Shown here: positions 1 to 12,530 of the stretch, one piece after another | How the letters are laid out: each line of letters opens with the position of its first letter | Numbering within the stretch: position 1 is the stretch's first letter | Origin: Camelus dromedarius | Lineage: Eukaryota | DNA length: 64,000 bases | NCBI RefSeq assembly: GCF_036321535.1 | Contig: NC_087436.1 | Span: 85,562,001-85,626,000 of the forward strand | Reading direction: 5' to 3' | The notes under the pieces: model-generated | Database searches by the model: none | What the model saw: only the letters and a program-made list of their open reading frames with translations | Told to the model about the DNA's origin: nothing | Position numbers and translations under genes: made by a program

Positions 1-159
1 AGACCCAGTCGGCAGCCTCATACATGACAGAGATTTGAGAGTTTAATTAACTGCAAGCTTAATATTTTTTTTAAATTAAAAATCATGGTGGGACTTACAA
101 TGTACTGGAAAGCACTGTTCCTTTTTTTTTTTTTAACATGGAATATTACTTAACTTTTT

Positions 160-553
160 TTTTAATTTGTTTTTTAATTGAAGTATAGTCGGTTTACAAT
201 GTTGTGTCAATTTCTGGTGTACACAGGGAAATATACACAATATCTTATGGTAGCTCACAGGGAAAAAAATGTGACAATGAATTGTATATATGTTCATGAA
301 TAACTGAAAAATTGTGCTCTACACTGAAATTTGATACAACATTGTAAAATGATTATAAATCAATAAAAAATGTTAAAAAAATTTCTGGTGTACAGCATAA
401 TGTCATACATCTACATACATATTTCCCTTTTCATGTTCTTTTTCATTCTAGGTTACTATAAGATATTGAATAGAGTTCCCTGTGCTATACAGCAGGACTG
501 TTTTGTTTGTCTGTTTTATATATAGTAGTGTGTATCTGCAAATCTCGAACTCC
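160..553 (-). mobile_element. L1 3' UTR fragment (camelid/cetartiodactyl type), interrupted by a nested L1 tail
   Basis: Poly-T then AATTGAAGTATAGTC...TATTGAATAGAGTTCCCTGTGCTATACAG...TATCTGCAAATCTCGAACTCC; reverse complement of the L1 tail at 40725-40945. Confidence 0.9.
224..379 (+). mobile_element. 5'-truncated L1 3' end inserted into the opposite-strand L1
   Basis: CAGGGAAATATACACAATATCTT...AATAAAAAATGTTAAAAAA flanked by a perfect 15-bp direct repeat AATTTCTGGTGTACA (209-223, 380-394). Confidence 0.88.
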
Positions 554-622
554 ATAGCTCACCTCCAAATCAAATTCCATCATGGGTGCGTAGAATTGGA
601 AGAAATTGAATGGCATGGTAGA

Positions 623-657
623 GGGTGAGGGTAATGCGATGGGTGAGGGTAATGCGT
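623..657. repeat. 18-bp tandem duplication
   Basis: GGGTGAGGGTAATGCGAT followed by GGGTGAGGGTAATGCGT. Confidence 0.9.
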
Positions 658-979
658 TATGTGAAAGAAAAAAAAAACAGAGATTTTTGGACTCTATTTG
701 GGGTAGGCAGGGCTCATAGCATGGGGAACTATCAAAATGTTGAGTGTTGCAGAGGTTTTTGGCAGCCACCAGTAACAAATGTCTGCTACTGATAATGTAT
801 ATCTCAATTCAGGGCTGGGAAGACTCTCGTTTAGGAACAGAATTGAGTTAGGTTTGTTTGAGAGATCCACGACTGCAGTGGGATCCCTGTGATGATGGCC
901 GGGGAGGTGATGATGATGATGGTGATCATTCATTAAACACTTTTTATATTGTAGGCACTGTGCTAGGTGTTTTACATAC

Positions 980-1485
980 TGTAGTGGATGTATTTTTTAA
1001 TGCCACCAAATTTTCTCCCCTTTTCTGGTAAAACAGAAATTTTATTCTGGGCAACTTCCCCTTCTCCAACTCAGACCTTGATGTTTGGGTGGATTAGACT
1101 CTTCCTTAGTGCCAGGCTTAAGACAATCACCATTCTCATTCCCTGGTCAAACAATCAGTTCAAGGACGAGCATTTTAATGTGTTCAGACCAATGAATATC
1201 ATGCTCAAGACTCTGACTTGAATGTTGGACTGGATCATAGGAGAATGGGGCTGCCATCTTGATGCCACGTGGAGCCTTGAACAAAGCCACAAAATGAGAG
1301 TAGAGCTAGAGGTGGAGAAAGTTTAAGTTCCAGCGACAGCATATGAACCCCGGGATCAAGCTACTCCTGTAATTAGCATACCTCCTAGATTTTTCAATCG
1401 TGTAAATCAACAAATCCCCCCTTCCTCCTTAAACTACCTTAGGCCATACATCTGTGACTTCTTTCCAAAGTTGTCTTAATTTCTA
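980..1485 (+). mobile_element. Old ERVL-type solo LTR (LTR16/LTR33-like) interrupting a MIR
   Basis: TGTAGTGG start and LTR16-like motifs; MIR-like sequence on both sides (930-979, 1490-1620). Confidence 0.55.
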
Positions 1486-2189
1486 CGTGTATATTACCTC
1501 TTTTAATCTGTAAGAACACCCCTTAAGGTTAATAATATTATCACATTTCATAAATGAGGACACTAAGGCTCAAAAAGATTAGTAACTTGCCCAAGGCTGC
1601 ATATCTTGTTCGTATGACTTCAATGCACAGATTTTTAAAATGCCTATGTTATGGAGGGGCATTGGAGAGTGTTGAGTGGGTGGTAGCTCTGTGATTTGGC
1701 GTTTGAGAAGCAGAACTCACAGGCTGATAGTGAGCAGCCTTGGGATGGCAGGAAAAACACTTTGTATTTCTCCTATATCCCCTGCAATGGCTAGCCCCTG
1801 TGCACGGGCTGGCTCTCAGGACGCACTTCTTGTTTATCGAGTGAAGTTGCAAAGGAGGGCATGGAATCTCTCCCATCTGGAAAGACAAAAGAGCCAGATT
1901 AGCCATTTCCACCTGTATGAAGGGCTCTTATATGAATGACAAGGACAGTGAGCCTAAATGACCCTTAGTTAGAGAATAAGGATACATGTGTGGGTGTTTG
2001 TGTCACAGGAAGATGAACAAAGGTTCAACATCAAACAGAATCTTCTACTTGCAAAGGGTGTGAGGCAATGCTATGCAACACTACAGACTCATTTTCTGGA
2101 AATGTTAAAGAAAGAAAAATATGATCTTTCTAGCCTATTTGGTATTTGCTTAGTTTCAGAAGCTTTTTACATATTTCACTGCATATGTC

Positions 2190-2470
2190 TTTCCCTCTGT
2201 CAGAGATGCCCTCCAGCTCCTTGTTTGTCTACCAAACTCCTACTCATTCTTCAAGATTGAGCTCAGATGACACCTCCTCTGGGAAGCCCTCACTGACCTA
2301 CTACCCTGGGTTCAATTCCTGCTTCGTCTACCTCTCTACCGCTTCTTGTGTGTATCAGTATTGGCCCTTACCACACTTTGTTTCAACATTGTCTAAATTT
2401 TCTGAATATCAGTTAAGGAGCGCGTTTATTTCCCCTTGTATTCCTTGCTCCTAGCATAATGCCTGGATCT
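2190..2470 (+). mobile_element. L2 3' fragment
   Basis: TCTTCAAGATTGAGCTCAGATGACACCTCCTCTGGGAAGCCCTC...CCTAGCATAATGCCTGG. Confidence 0.65.
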
Positions 2471-2639
2471 CTAGATGATTTTGCAAATCCTGCCAAGAAA
2501 GCCCTTCCTCAGTCTCTTTGTCTGACTCTATTCCTATTTGTCCTTTAGGATTCTGCTTAGAAACCATCTCCTTGGGAAGCCTTCCTTAATCCCTGAAAGC
2601 TGGGATGTGATGCTTCTCTGTGGTCCCCACAGAATCCAG

Positions 2640-2875
2640 TGCATGTGTAATGATTAAGAGAGGGGGCATCAGTGTCTGCCTGAGTGTGAATCCCAGCTCT
2701 GCCATTTCACTACATGTTCCTAACCTCCCTGTGCCTCAGTTTACTCATCTGTAAAATAGGAATAATAATAAAAATACTACCTGCTAGAGCTGTTGCAAGT
2801 TTTAAATAAGGTAATTCATATGAAGTGTTATGAATAGTGCCTAGCAAAAAAAAAACATAATAAATTTAACTGTTA
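2640..2875 (+). mobile_element. MIR SINE
   Basis: GAATCCCAGCTCTGCCA...CTGTGCCTCAGTTTACTCATCTGTAAAATAGG core. Confidence 0.8.
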
Positions 2876-3829
2876 CACTAGATGTTAATTATTAGTATCA
2901 TTATCAATTAACTTACTAAAGATGCGCTAAAGCACTTATATGTCAGAGACTCAGAAATGAGCATACAACAATAAACAAAATTCCGGTTCTCATTACAATA
3001 TATTAGGTGAACTAATGAATGAATCAAACACAATAGATATAAATTATTTGAGACATTAAATTGGGACATTACAAACTGTGTTGCCCTGAGATTTCCTATC
3101 CATTGGCTAATGGCATTCTTTCCTTCACTGAGATACAGCAGTTGCAGTCTGAGAAAAGTGGATTGTTCACAAATGAAATTTTTTTTTGAGAGCAAAGTAT
3201 AAAGCCTGAAAGCCAGATTTTGCTGAGACAGAGAAAGATGCTGTCAGTTCTAAAAGTGCACACTTGAAAGTACATCTCCCAGCCCCTACTTGATTTGTCC
3301 CAGCAGACGCCAGGTAGAGCAGAGGCCAGCTGTCCCCACCGAACCCTGCTCAAATTGCAGACTCATGAACAAAATCAATGATTGTTGTCTGAAATCTCTA
3401 AGTTTGGGGGAAGTTTTTACCCAGCAATGGGTTTTTGGAGCACCTTACTCACTCGGCTCTTGCTCATTTATTGTCAGAGCTGAAGTTTTTACTGATTTTT
3501 GCTAGCAAAAACTAAGCTTGGGTGCCTGAGCAGAAAGTTTTAAATTAATCCCTAGTGGGGAATGAACACAGGGTCTGATATAAAGGAGGTTCCTGCCACC
3601 CAGGAGGGAGAAAGTTCTCCCAGTGTGGGGAGTAACTTGTAAAGGGAATCTGATGGTCTGAGACTTGAGTAAAGATGCTGCTTCAGTCTGGTTAGGAGGT
3701 GGAGAGCACGGAGACAGAGACAGAGCATCCCAGAGAGGAGACAGGTTGAGAGGGAGGGTGAAATCTGAGAGGAGGCTGGTCCTCTGTACATGGCTGCAGT
3801 AGAATCACAAATACTATTTGAGGAGTGAC

Positions 3830-5560
3830 CCCGTGAGAGATGCTGTTCTAAGCACATGGGAATCAGCCGGGAATGAAATAGACAAAGACTTCTGTCATCA
3901 TGGAGTTTACCTCCTAGTGTAAGAGATTACCAGCATAGAGATGCTATTTAAAACCAGGATGTTCAATAAACAATCTAAATGAATAAATTGTATGGTATAT
4001 TATACAGTGATGACCATTATGGAGAAAAATAAAGTGAAAAGGGGGAAGGCCCTGGGGGAAACACGTGTGGTTTGCCAGTTTGGGAGGAAAGGTCTTACTG
4101 AAAAGATGCAAAGGATTACAGATGTAAAGGAGGTGAGTGAGAGAGCCATGTATATGTGGGATCATAGATGGGAACAGCCAGTGCAAAGGCCCTGAGACAG
4201 CAAAACACTTGGGACAGGGTGTTCAAGGAACTGCAACGAGGACAGAGAGGCAAACATGGAGTGAGTGAGGCTGCTGCAGCGGGAGAGTCTCTAAGGCTGT
4301 GTAACAAACCGTAATGGCTGCGTCAACAAGGGGCTGGGGCATCCACTTTCAAGATGGCTCACTCACATGGCTGGCATGTGAGTGCTTAATGTCAGCTGAG
4401 AGCCCAGCAGGGGCCACTGGTCGGGGGCCTCAGTTTCTCTCCACGTGGGACATTCCACAGGCTCCTAGACTCCCTCAGCCGTGGTGGCTGGATTCACAGA
4501 GCAAGTGTCCCAAAAGGCAGAAAGTGGAAACTGCTGTAACTGTGTCCAGCAGTCTCAGAGGCCAGATCACTAGCCAGAGACAGAGATCTCTGGCCTCTAA
4601 ATAAAAGGAAGGTCACAGAATTCGAGGACCATGTTTTAAAACTGCCACAGAGCAGGAGAAAAGAAAGAAATGAGGTTAGAGAAGGTGGCCTGATCATTCA
4701 GGATCTTATAAGCCGTTATAATGGATTTGGCTTATTCTTGGAGAGGAGTCAGGAACTGTGGGAGGATTTTGATAAAGGCATGACCTGATTTGATGAATGG
4801 TTAGCGGGATCACTCTGACTGCTAAAAGAAGAACAGACTGAAAGTAGACAAGGTAGACCAGTTAGGAGTTTGCAAGGATCCAGGCAAAGGATAATGGTGG
4901 CTTGTGCCAGCGTAATAGCAGCATAGAGACTAAGAAGTGGTCAGATCCTGAATAAATTTTGAAGGTAGAGTGAACAGGATTTCTTGATGAATTGGATATG
5001 TTATATAAGAAAGGAACTGAGGATGACACCAAGATTTTTGTCCTGAGCCATTGGAAGAATGGAATAGCCATTATTTGATGCGAAGGCTGAGGAGAAGCAG
5101 GTTTTGGCAGCTAAGAGCAGGAACCTGCTCTTTGACATGTTAAGTGAAACATCCAAGTGAAGATGCTGAGTAGGGAGGCAGATCTGAGCCTGGAGTTGGG
5201 GAGTAGGAGAGGGGACGACTTGAATTGGAGGTGGGGGTTGGAGGATTGGAGGGTTTCAATCATTAGGAATGATAAGGTCAGGGTATGACCGTGGTAGTGA
5301 GCAGATAAAGCAGGAGGAGGACCATATCATGGGAGGAGAAGAGGTCAAGGAACTAAGAAGCCAAGAAAGGGGAAGGTTCATTTCCCTGAGTGTTGAACCC
5401 ATAGGTTGTTGTGCCAGGAGTGGTGCTGGAATGAGTGACGGTGAGCCAGGCTCCCAAAGTCTTCAGAAGATGAAGGGCTGGTTGAGCTGAGGTTGGTTCA
5501 TGATCATGACAAGGAAAGGTAGTGAGTAATTTGATTTAATGACAAAAGATTTAAAGCCAA
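3830..5560 (-). mobile_element. Long L2 fragment interrupted by an MLT1 LTR
   Basis: CCAGTGCAAAGGCCCTGAG, GAAGTGGTCAGATCCTGAATAAATTTTGAAGGTAGAG, GGATGACACCAAGATTTTTGTCCTGAGC. Confidence 0.8.
4295..4649 (-). mobile_element. MaLR LTR (MLT1H/I-like)
   Basis: GCTGTGTAACAAACC...CACTTTCAAGATGGCTCACTCACATGGCTGGC...TTTTAAAACTGCCACA. Confidence 0.75.
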
Positions 5561-6249
5561 CGTAGGGGTGGTGATCAGGAAAAGAGAATGGTCTAGAAGC
5601 CTTAGTGAGGGGCAAAAGGACACTGTGGTTAGGCAAGAGAAAAGTCAAGGGCAGTGCCCAGGTCCTCCCATTTGTGGGTGGTGTGCAGAAAACCCAGGTA
5701 CATCTGTAGGTTGAGAGACAAGAGGGAGGGAGGAGGCCTGGGTCAGTGCGAAGAGGCTGCAGAGAACAGACTTCTCCACTGGAGTTCATGACAGTGCATG
5801 AGACACCACAAGACCAGGTAGGTATCTGTGCCTGATACCCAGTGACAAGCTGGGACCAAGGACACCTCGGAAGAGGCCAGTAAGAATTGAGACAACTACC
5901 TGTGAACCAAAGGTGCTGCCAGTCTCCGTAAGGATGTGAAATAGCACTTGGCTGCCACTTTGCCTACGGGTAGGGGCAGTGGGGGATGGGCACAGAGAGA
6001 CTGGCCATGAAGGTTCTTTGGAGGGATTCCTGGAGATACAGAACTGCCCAGAACAGTACTAGTTCTGTATTTTCCAAGCCCAGACCTAGGGTCTTGTGTT
6101 TCTCCATTTTTCATAAAATAATAACAATAATTAATAATTTTAAAAGGTGATTTTTATCTTTTTATTCCCCTCCTCTCAACCCCCCACCTCCACCCCAAAG
6201 ACTAAGGAAATCAGCTACAGGGTTTTCAGGAACAGATTTAAAATGTACT

Positions 6250-6860
6250 CATTTTAAACATAATTAAAATAATATCTGTTTCTTGTAAAAAACTTAGAAA
6301 TTAAAAATAAGTATAAAGAAGAAAATGAGCCATACATTAGCCCTCCATCTAGACGTAACCACCCTCAGTGTTCGGGTGTGCATACTCCTCTACGTGCATT
6401 GTTCAAAAATGGGATCATACTGGATGTGAAGTTTTACAATGTAAAAAAATCGAATTGTATAGCATAGAAGTTCACTGCTAATTAATATTCTTATACATCA
6501 ACTTAATGACTGCTTAGGATTTCAGTTCGCCTGTGTACTAATTATTCATCCAATCCCTGTTAGAGAAAATGTAAATTGTTTCCATTTTTCACTGTTAGAA
6601 ACAACAGCAGGGTGAACGCCATTTCCACTGTATCTTTGTGCAAAGCCATGCTTATTTATTTCTTATGAATAAAATCCTATAATTGGGTCAATTATACCTT
6701 AGATGGGTCAAAGGATATGAAAATGTTAAGGTTCTTGATACATGTTGCCAAGCTGTCCTCTGGAAATATTTGACCAGTTTAGTCTCCTCCCCGTGGGATA
6801 TGATAACGTTCATTTTCCCATACCACCTCTCTTACTATTAGCATTCAAAAGTCTTCGCCT
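6250..6860 (-). mobile_element. Old L1 (L1ME-like) 3' region
   Basis: AAAATGGGATCATAC...TTGATACATGTTGCCAAGCTGTCCTC...TTTTCCCCATACC. Confidence 0.6.
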
Positions 6861-8149
6861 TGGATGACTTGTGGAGATTTCTTCTGATACTTGATTTGTG
6901 TTTCCATGGTGAAAATGAGACTGCTTCCATTTGGCTGTTTCTCTTACTTAAGTGGACCGATCAACCTCTGGCAAGAAGGCTTTGGCCACCATTTTTAAGC
7001 CACCAGAAGGCGTGGACACAACACGGCATAGGGAAGCCAAGATGGTTTCAAGTCACAAAGTACTGCACTGGGGGCCTTCTCTCTTGTCCTTGGGAGTTAC
7101 TTATATCCTGGGCTCAAGGCACCTCATCTGATTTCCTTCCAGCTCTTAGTTTCTATGATCCTTTGTCTTCCTGTTTCAGGCAGATTCTTGCCAGGTCACC
7201 CTCAGCATTGTGGACGGGAAGGTCAGTCCAAAGTTAAGCGTATTTGGACACAATTCTTCTGCCTCATTATCCTTTCCTTGCAAATGTACATCCTTAATAG
7301 AAATTTAAATTCTTTCTTTGCCTTTGTTCAGGCTGATAGAGATCTTTCAATTCAACTCAGGTGATAATTATTGAGCGACTCTATGGTTCGTGACACACTA
7401 GGCATCACAGACCCCCATGGCCATTCTCCTTCCGTGGTAAGATCCTTTTCTTTTCCTTCTCCGTAGTAGTCTTGTTCACCCACCGAAGTTTCCTCCTTGG
7501 TCTCCTCTCTAGAAGATTCCAAATGTTATGACTGACGTCATCTTCCCACCACAGAGGCAGGGTGATTCACCGGCTGATTCCAAGGCTGATTATTTGACAG
7601 TGAGATCACAACAAACAAGAAGCCCTGATCACACGAGTGAGAGGCTCATTCTTTGACAATCTCAGTAATATACGATGCATTGTTTTGACCATAAGCTCAC
7701 TTTGAAAACAATAGCATGTGGTGAAAAAAAAAAAAAAAAGACTAGGAACAATGGGGTAACACCTGACAAATGAGGTGATCTGGGGGAATTTTCTGGTTTA
7801 CACAGCGCTTGCGGGGGATCCCAAAGCTGAGTCACGTTTTCTCTTGTGCTCAAAGCTCATTTAAGGCTCTTGTGAATGGGACGAGAATGAGTTTAACCAG
7901 GGAGGGAAAACATTTTGCCTTTTGAGCAGATTTTTTACCCCTTCATTGGGGACTTGGGAACAAAAGGCTGAATCCTAACAGTGGAAAATGGAGTCTGTTG
8001 CTTAATGCAGCATTAGGGTACAGTTTATGTTACAATAACCTGATTTTTTATATGCTGTTTATCCACACAGACATGCGTCTGGGAACACACTGATCCACGC
8101 ACAGATACATGCTCAAATAATGCCACAGTATTTGTAACAGAAACATATG

Positions 8150-8300
8150 GAGATGGATAGATACATCTATACATACACACATATATAGATAAGATATATA
8201 TAGATATGCATACATATATATGGATATATATATATGGATATATATATATGTAGATGTAGATATATACACATACACACACACACACATATATACACACATG
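8150..8300. repeat. Compound (TA)/(CA) microsatellite
   Basis: Visible TATA/CACA runs. Confidence 0.9.
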
Positions 8301-9289
8301 TTTGTGGGGGTTTTTGAAATGTGAATTGCATTTACAAAGGTTGCATGATGTTGTCCTAGAGAGAGGAGCTTGTGTGGAGCATGGAGATTTCAGTGTCATT
8401 CTCTCCTCTCTTTATTTGAAGCACAAGCCACTGATTGTCATTAGCACTGAGCAGAGGCTTCTGTGCCAAAGGGTGACAGAATAGAAGAGTAATCCCCAGT
8501 GTCAGCTGCTGGGCATGATACCACAGCCATGCACGCCCTCTGTGTCTCTCTGTTCTGGAAAGTAGAATCCAATGATAAATGTCAATACACTTATGTTGCC
8601 ACATGGAAGTGAGCTGTAGCTGTCTGGATCACAGACAGAAGCGGCAGATCTCAAGATGCGGGTACCAGATGGCACTGAGGAGCTGGGTGTGCGGCATGGC
8701 TGTTGGGGGAGGTTTTATTAGCTGAGAAAAGTGGCCTGGCACCGCTGGGTGCCACCTCTCCCCCTCGGGAGGTGCCTTCTGGAGCACATTATCCAATTTG
8801 CTTTTAGATCCCCACTTAGCACACAGCCTCCCCCCTCCTTCATGGACTTATTGGGATGTGTTTGGAGGGGCCTTGGCTAAGGGGTGCCACCAATATCTGT
8901 ACAGGGGAGGAGAGTGGTGTGGGAGAGAAGCCTTGTCGTTGAGAAACTGTCCCACTGACAAGGCAAAAGGCATTTTTTTGTTTGTTTTTAATGAGTGATG
9001 ACATGTTTTTCACAGTGTAGTCAGGTTTGAGTGGCAAGTGAGATGTTACCTGCATGGACTTCCCACTTTATGGAGGGCCTGTCTTGGGGAAACTGTTTGG
9101 CAGTCCGGCAGCACAGCCAGCTCACTTCCCTCTTTTCTCTCACACAGTGTGAACCCCCGGCCCCTGAAGTCTAGCTTTGGCCACCGCTCACTGACGCCTA
9201 CTGTTAGTCTGCTCAGCTGCCTGACAAAATGCTCCAGGCTGAGAGCTTATCAACACGACCTATACCTTTCCACTCTAATACGTACAAGT

Positions 9290-9550
9290 AATAACTAATG
9301 ATTAATGAGCACTTACTCTTCTCCAGGCGCTGTCCTAAGTGCTTTATCTGTATTAACTCATGTGATCTTTATGACAAGAATATGAGGTAAATGTTGCTAA
9401 CACCCCCATTTTCCAGATGGAGAAATTGAGGCATGGAACAATTAAGTGATTCACTAAAGACCACACAGCTGGAGATGGGTGGACCCAGGGTTTGAATTCA
9501 TGTAGAATTTAACTTCAGAATTCACACTTTGAATCACCACTGCGCACTAC
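9290..9550 (-). mobile_element. MIR SINE
   Basis: CCCCATTTTCCAGATGGAGAAATTGAGGCA...CACACAGCT. Confidence 0.8.
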
Positions 9551-9737
9551 TTTACCACCATGCCAGCTTGCAGACTGCAGGGCAGTACGTGTGGTTTAGG
9601 AGGGCTTTTAGGTCAACCCACTTCTTTATAATTTTTGGAGCCATCCCATACTCTCTTTAGAGTCGATACAAACTCCTCTATTCATTCCAGAACGACTTCA
9701 AGCCTCCAGGGTCTACTTTGGATCAGAAATGACTAGA

Positions 9738-10085
9738 GTCTTGCTACTGAAGATGTAAATGCTGACTAGCATCTACTTGGGAGCTTCTTAGCAATGCAGA
9801 CTCTCAGCACCAGAGCTACTGAACCAGAGCCTGTTTGCAGCATTAGCAAGACCCCCGGGTGCTTTGGATGCACGTCCAAGTTTTAGAAGTGCTGGTCTGA
9901 GTGAGAACTGGAGCTTGAAAGGTGTAGTTCTGAATCTCAACCACAGGTTTCCCGGGAAGCTTTAAAAAGTACTGATGCCTGAATCCCATGCCCAGAGGTT
10001 CTGATTGACTTGCAGCCTGAACACTGGGAATTTAAAAAATTCTCCAGATGATTCTAAAATGCAGCCGCGGTTGAGAGCTCCTGCT
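9738..10085. mobile_element. Two adjacent hAT-Charlie MER5A/B-like elements
   Basis: GCAATGCAGACTCTCAG, CCAGAGGTTCTGATT, CCAGATGATTCTAAAATGCAGCCGCGGTTGAGAGCTCCTG. Confidence 0.7.
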
Positions 10086-10549
10086 ATGGGGATGCCCTGC
10101 CGTCCTCAGCAGTTCCTCAGGGTTCACCCACATCCCCACACCCTCACATCTGCCTCTGCCTCTGGGTTTAGGGGATTACAGAAGTCATCAGAACAACCTT
10201 CAGAGATAGATTCTCATTTGTTTGCATTTAATTGTTCAGCGAAGCTAAATAATTCATCCATTGGTTGTTACTCTCTATTAAATGTCAAAACCTGGATTCC
10301 TTCATTCAACTCATATTTATTGAGTGCCGAGCTCTATTCTTGGTATTTGGGCTACATCAGTGAACAAAACAGAAAAGATCTCTTACCTTTGCAAATTCGA
10401 GGGAGAGGAGCATACAATAAATAACATAATAAATAAGTAAATGATATAATGTGATAGAAAGTGTTCAGTGCTAGGGCATAAAATAAATAAATAAAGATCA
10501 CGGTAGGGGATTAGGAGTGCCAGGGAGGGTAGGGTGGTGATGGGCAGTT

Positions 10550-10962
10550 GCAATGGTTAGTTTTCAGTGTCACCATGGCTAGGCTATTGTACCCAGTTAT
10601 TGAATCAAATGTTAGTATTTCTGGGAAGGTATTTTGTAGATGTGGTCAACATACACAATCAGTTGACTTTAAGTAAAAGCGATTACCCTTGATAATGTGG
10701 CTAGGACTCACCCAACCAGTTGAAGGCTGTAAGAATAAAAATTGAGGTTTCCAGAGAAGAAGAAATTCTGCCTCAAGACTGTAACCTAAACTCTTATGTG
10801 AGTTTCCAGCCTGCTCGCTTGCACTACAAATTTTGGATTCAAGACAGGTTAACAACATCAACTCCTGCTTGGGTTTCCAGCCAACTGGCCTGCCCTATGA
10901 ATTTTGGATGTGCCAACTCCCCATTCCTTAAGATAAATCTCTGGAGAACCCTGACTGATACA
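10550..10962 (+). mobile_element. ERVL LTR (MLT2C/D-like)
   Basis: CAGTTGACTTTAAGTAAAAG...GAAGAAGAAATTCTGCCTCAAGACTG...CTGGAGAACCCTGACTGATACA end. Confidence 0.85.
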
Positions 10963-10963
10963 G

Positions 10964-11575
10964 ATTTGAAAAGATATATACACTCCAATGTTCATAGCAG
11001 CACTATAACAATAGCCAAGACATGGAAAACAACCTAAATGCTCATCAACAGAGGTCTGGATAAAGAAGCTGTAGTATATTTATACAATGGAATACTACTT
11101 AGCCATAAAAAGAATAAAATAATGCTGTCTGCAGCAACATGGATGGATCTGGAGATTGTCATTCTAAGCGAAGTAAGCCAGAAAGAGAAAGGAAAATACC
11201 ATATATCACTCATATGTGGAGTCTAAAAAAAAAAAAGAAAGAAAGAAAAACAAAGACACTAATGAACTCATCTCAAAAGAGAAACAGTCTCACAGACATG
11301 GTAAAGAAGCCTATGGTAACTGGGGGAGAAGGAGGTGAGAAGGAATAAATTGGGAGTTCGAGATTTGCAAATATTATCTACTATAGATATAAAAAAGATT
11401 AAAAAACAGATTTCTTCTTTATAGCACAGGGAACTATATTCAATATATTGTAGTAACCAATAATGAAAAAGAATATGAAAAGGAATGTATGTATGTACAT
11501 GTATGACTGAAATATTATGCTGTACACCAGAAATTGACAGACTGTAACTGACTGTACTTCAATAAAGAAAAAAAA
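10964..11575 (+). mobile_element. L1 3' end (ORF2 C-terminus plus 3' UTR and A tail)
   Basis: Encodes AATWMDLEIVILSEVSQKEK; ends AATAAAGAAAAAAAA; paralogous to 40170-40945. Confidence 0.92.
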
Positions 11576-11830
11576 CTATCTTGAAGATATTATTGGTAAA
11601 AATAGACATTAAAGGCAATTTTGGTGAAGATTCAGAAAGAAATGAGAACTGTAGAGAAAGATTCTGTTGTCTCAGAGAATACAAATATTGTCAGGACCAG
11701 AATGTCACTACAGATATGAATGTTAAAGGTGCTTCTGGTGAGGTCTCAGGTGGGAATGAGGATTATGTTATTGAATATTGGAGGAAAAGTGTTCCTTATC
11801 AGAAAGTGGCAGAAAACTTGGCTCAATTCC
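11576..11830 (+). mobile_element. MaLR internal (MLT1-int-like) fragment
   Basis: TCTGGTGAGGTCTCAGGTGGGAATGAGG...GTTATTGAATATTGGAGGAAAAG...AAAGTGGCAGAAAACTTGGCT. Confidence 0.7.
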
Positions 11831-11993
11831 AGATGCCAAGGGACTTTGGGCCAGCATATTATTTTAATGTAAAATAGGATTGGCTGCAAATCCAAGCCTG
11901 TGGGCTCTGTATAACTGATGCTTTTGTCCCCATAATTAATAATTCATGAACAGAGTGGAGAAGGGAGGTAGAGCAGGGTAGTGGTTAAACATC

Positions 11994-12530
11994 ATGATGG
12001 TTAATTTTAAGTGTCAATTTGACTGTGTGCCTAAATATTTGGCCCAACATTATTCTGGGTGTATCTTTGAGGGTGTTTTTGGACAAGATTAACATTCAAT
12101 TGGTAGACTGAGTAAAGCAGATTGCCCTAAACGGAGGGTGGGCCTCATCTAATCAGTTGAAGGCCTGAATAGAGCAAAAATGCTGACCCTCCCATGAGTG
12201 AGGAAGAATTCTTCCTGCTTGTCTGCCTTTGAACTGAAACATCAGCTTTTTTCTTGCCTTTGGACTCAAACTGAAGCATTGACTCTTCCTGAGTCTCAAG
12301 CTTGCCAGCCTTTGGATGGAACTGCACCATTGGATCTCCTGGTTCTCAAGCCTCCAAACTCAAACTGGATCTAACCACTCATTCTCCAGGATCTTCAGCT
12401 TTTGACTCACCCTGAAGACCTTAGGACTTGCCTGCCTGCATAATTGCATCAGTCACTTTCTTATAATATATTTCTTTAAACACACACACACATTCACCCA
12501 ACTGGTTCTGTTTCTCTGGAGAGAAATACA
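11994..12530 (+). mobile_element. ERVL LTR (MLT2B-like) inserted in a MIR
   Basis: TGATGGTTAATTTTAAGTGTCAATTTGACT start; GGTAGACTGAGTAAAGCAGATTGCCCT; GGTTCTGTTTCTCTGGAGA end; MIR head at 11972-11993 resumes at about 12550-12652. Confidence 0.88.

Noticed and set aside
694..933. ORF with poly-His
   Set aside because: The His run is the reverse translation of a (TGA)n simple repeat at about 908-926.
10550..12530. LTR-internal-LTR arrangement suggesting one provirus
   Set aside because: The two MLT2 LTRs differ in subfamily, the internal piece is MaLR-like, and the second LTR is separately inserted in a MIR.
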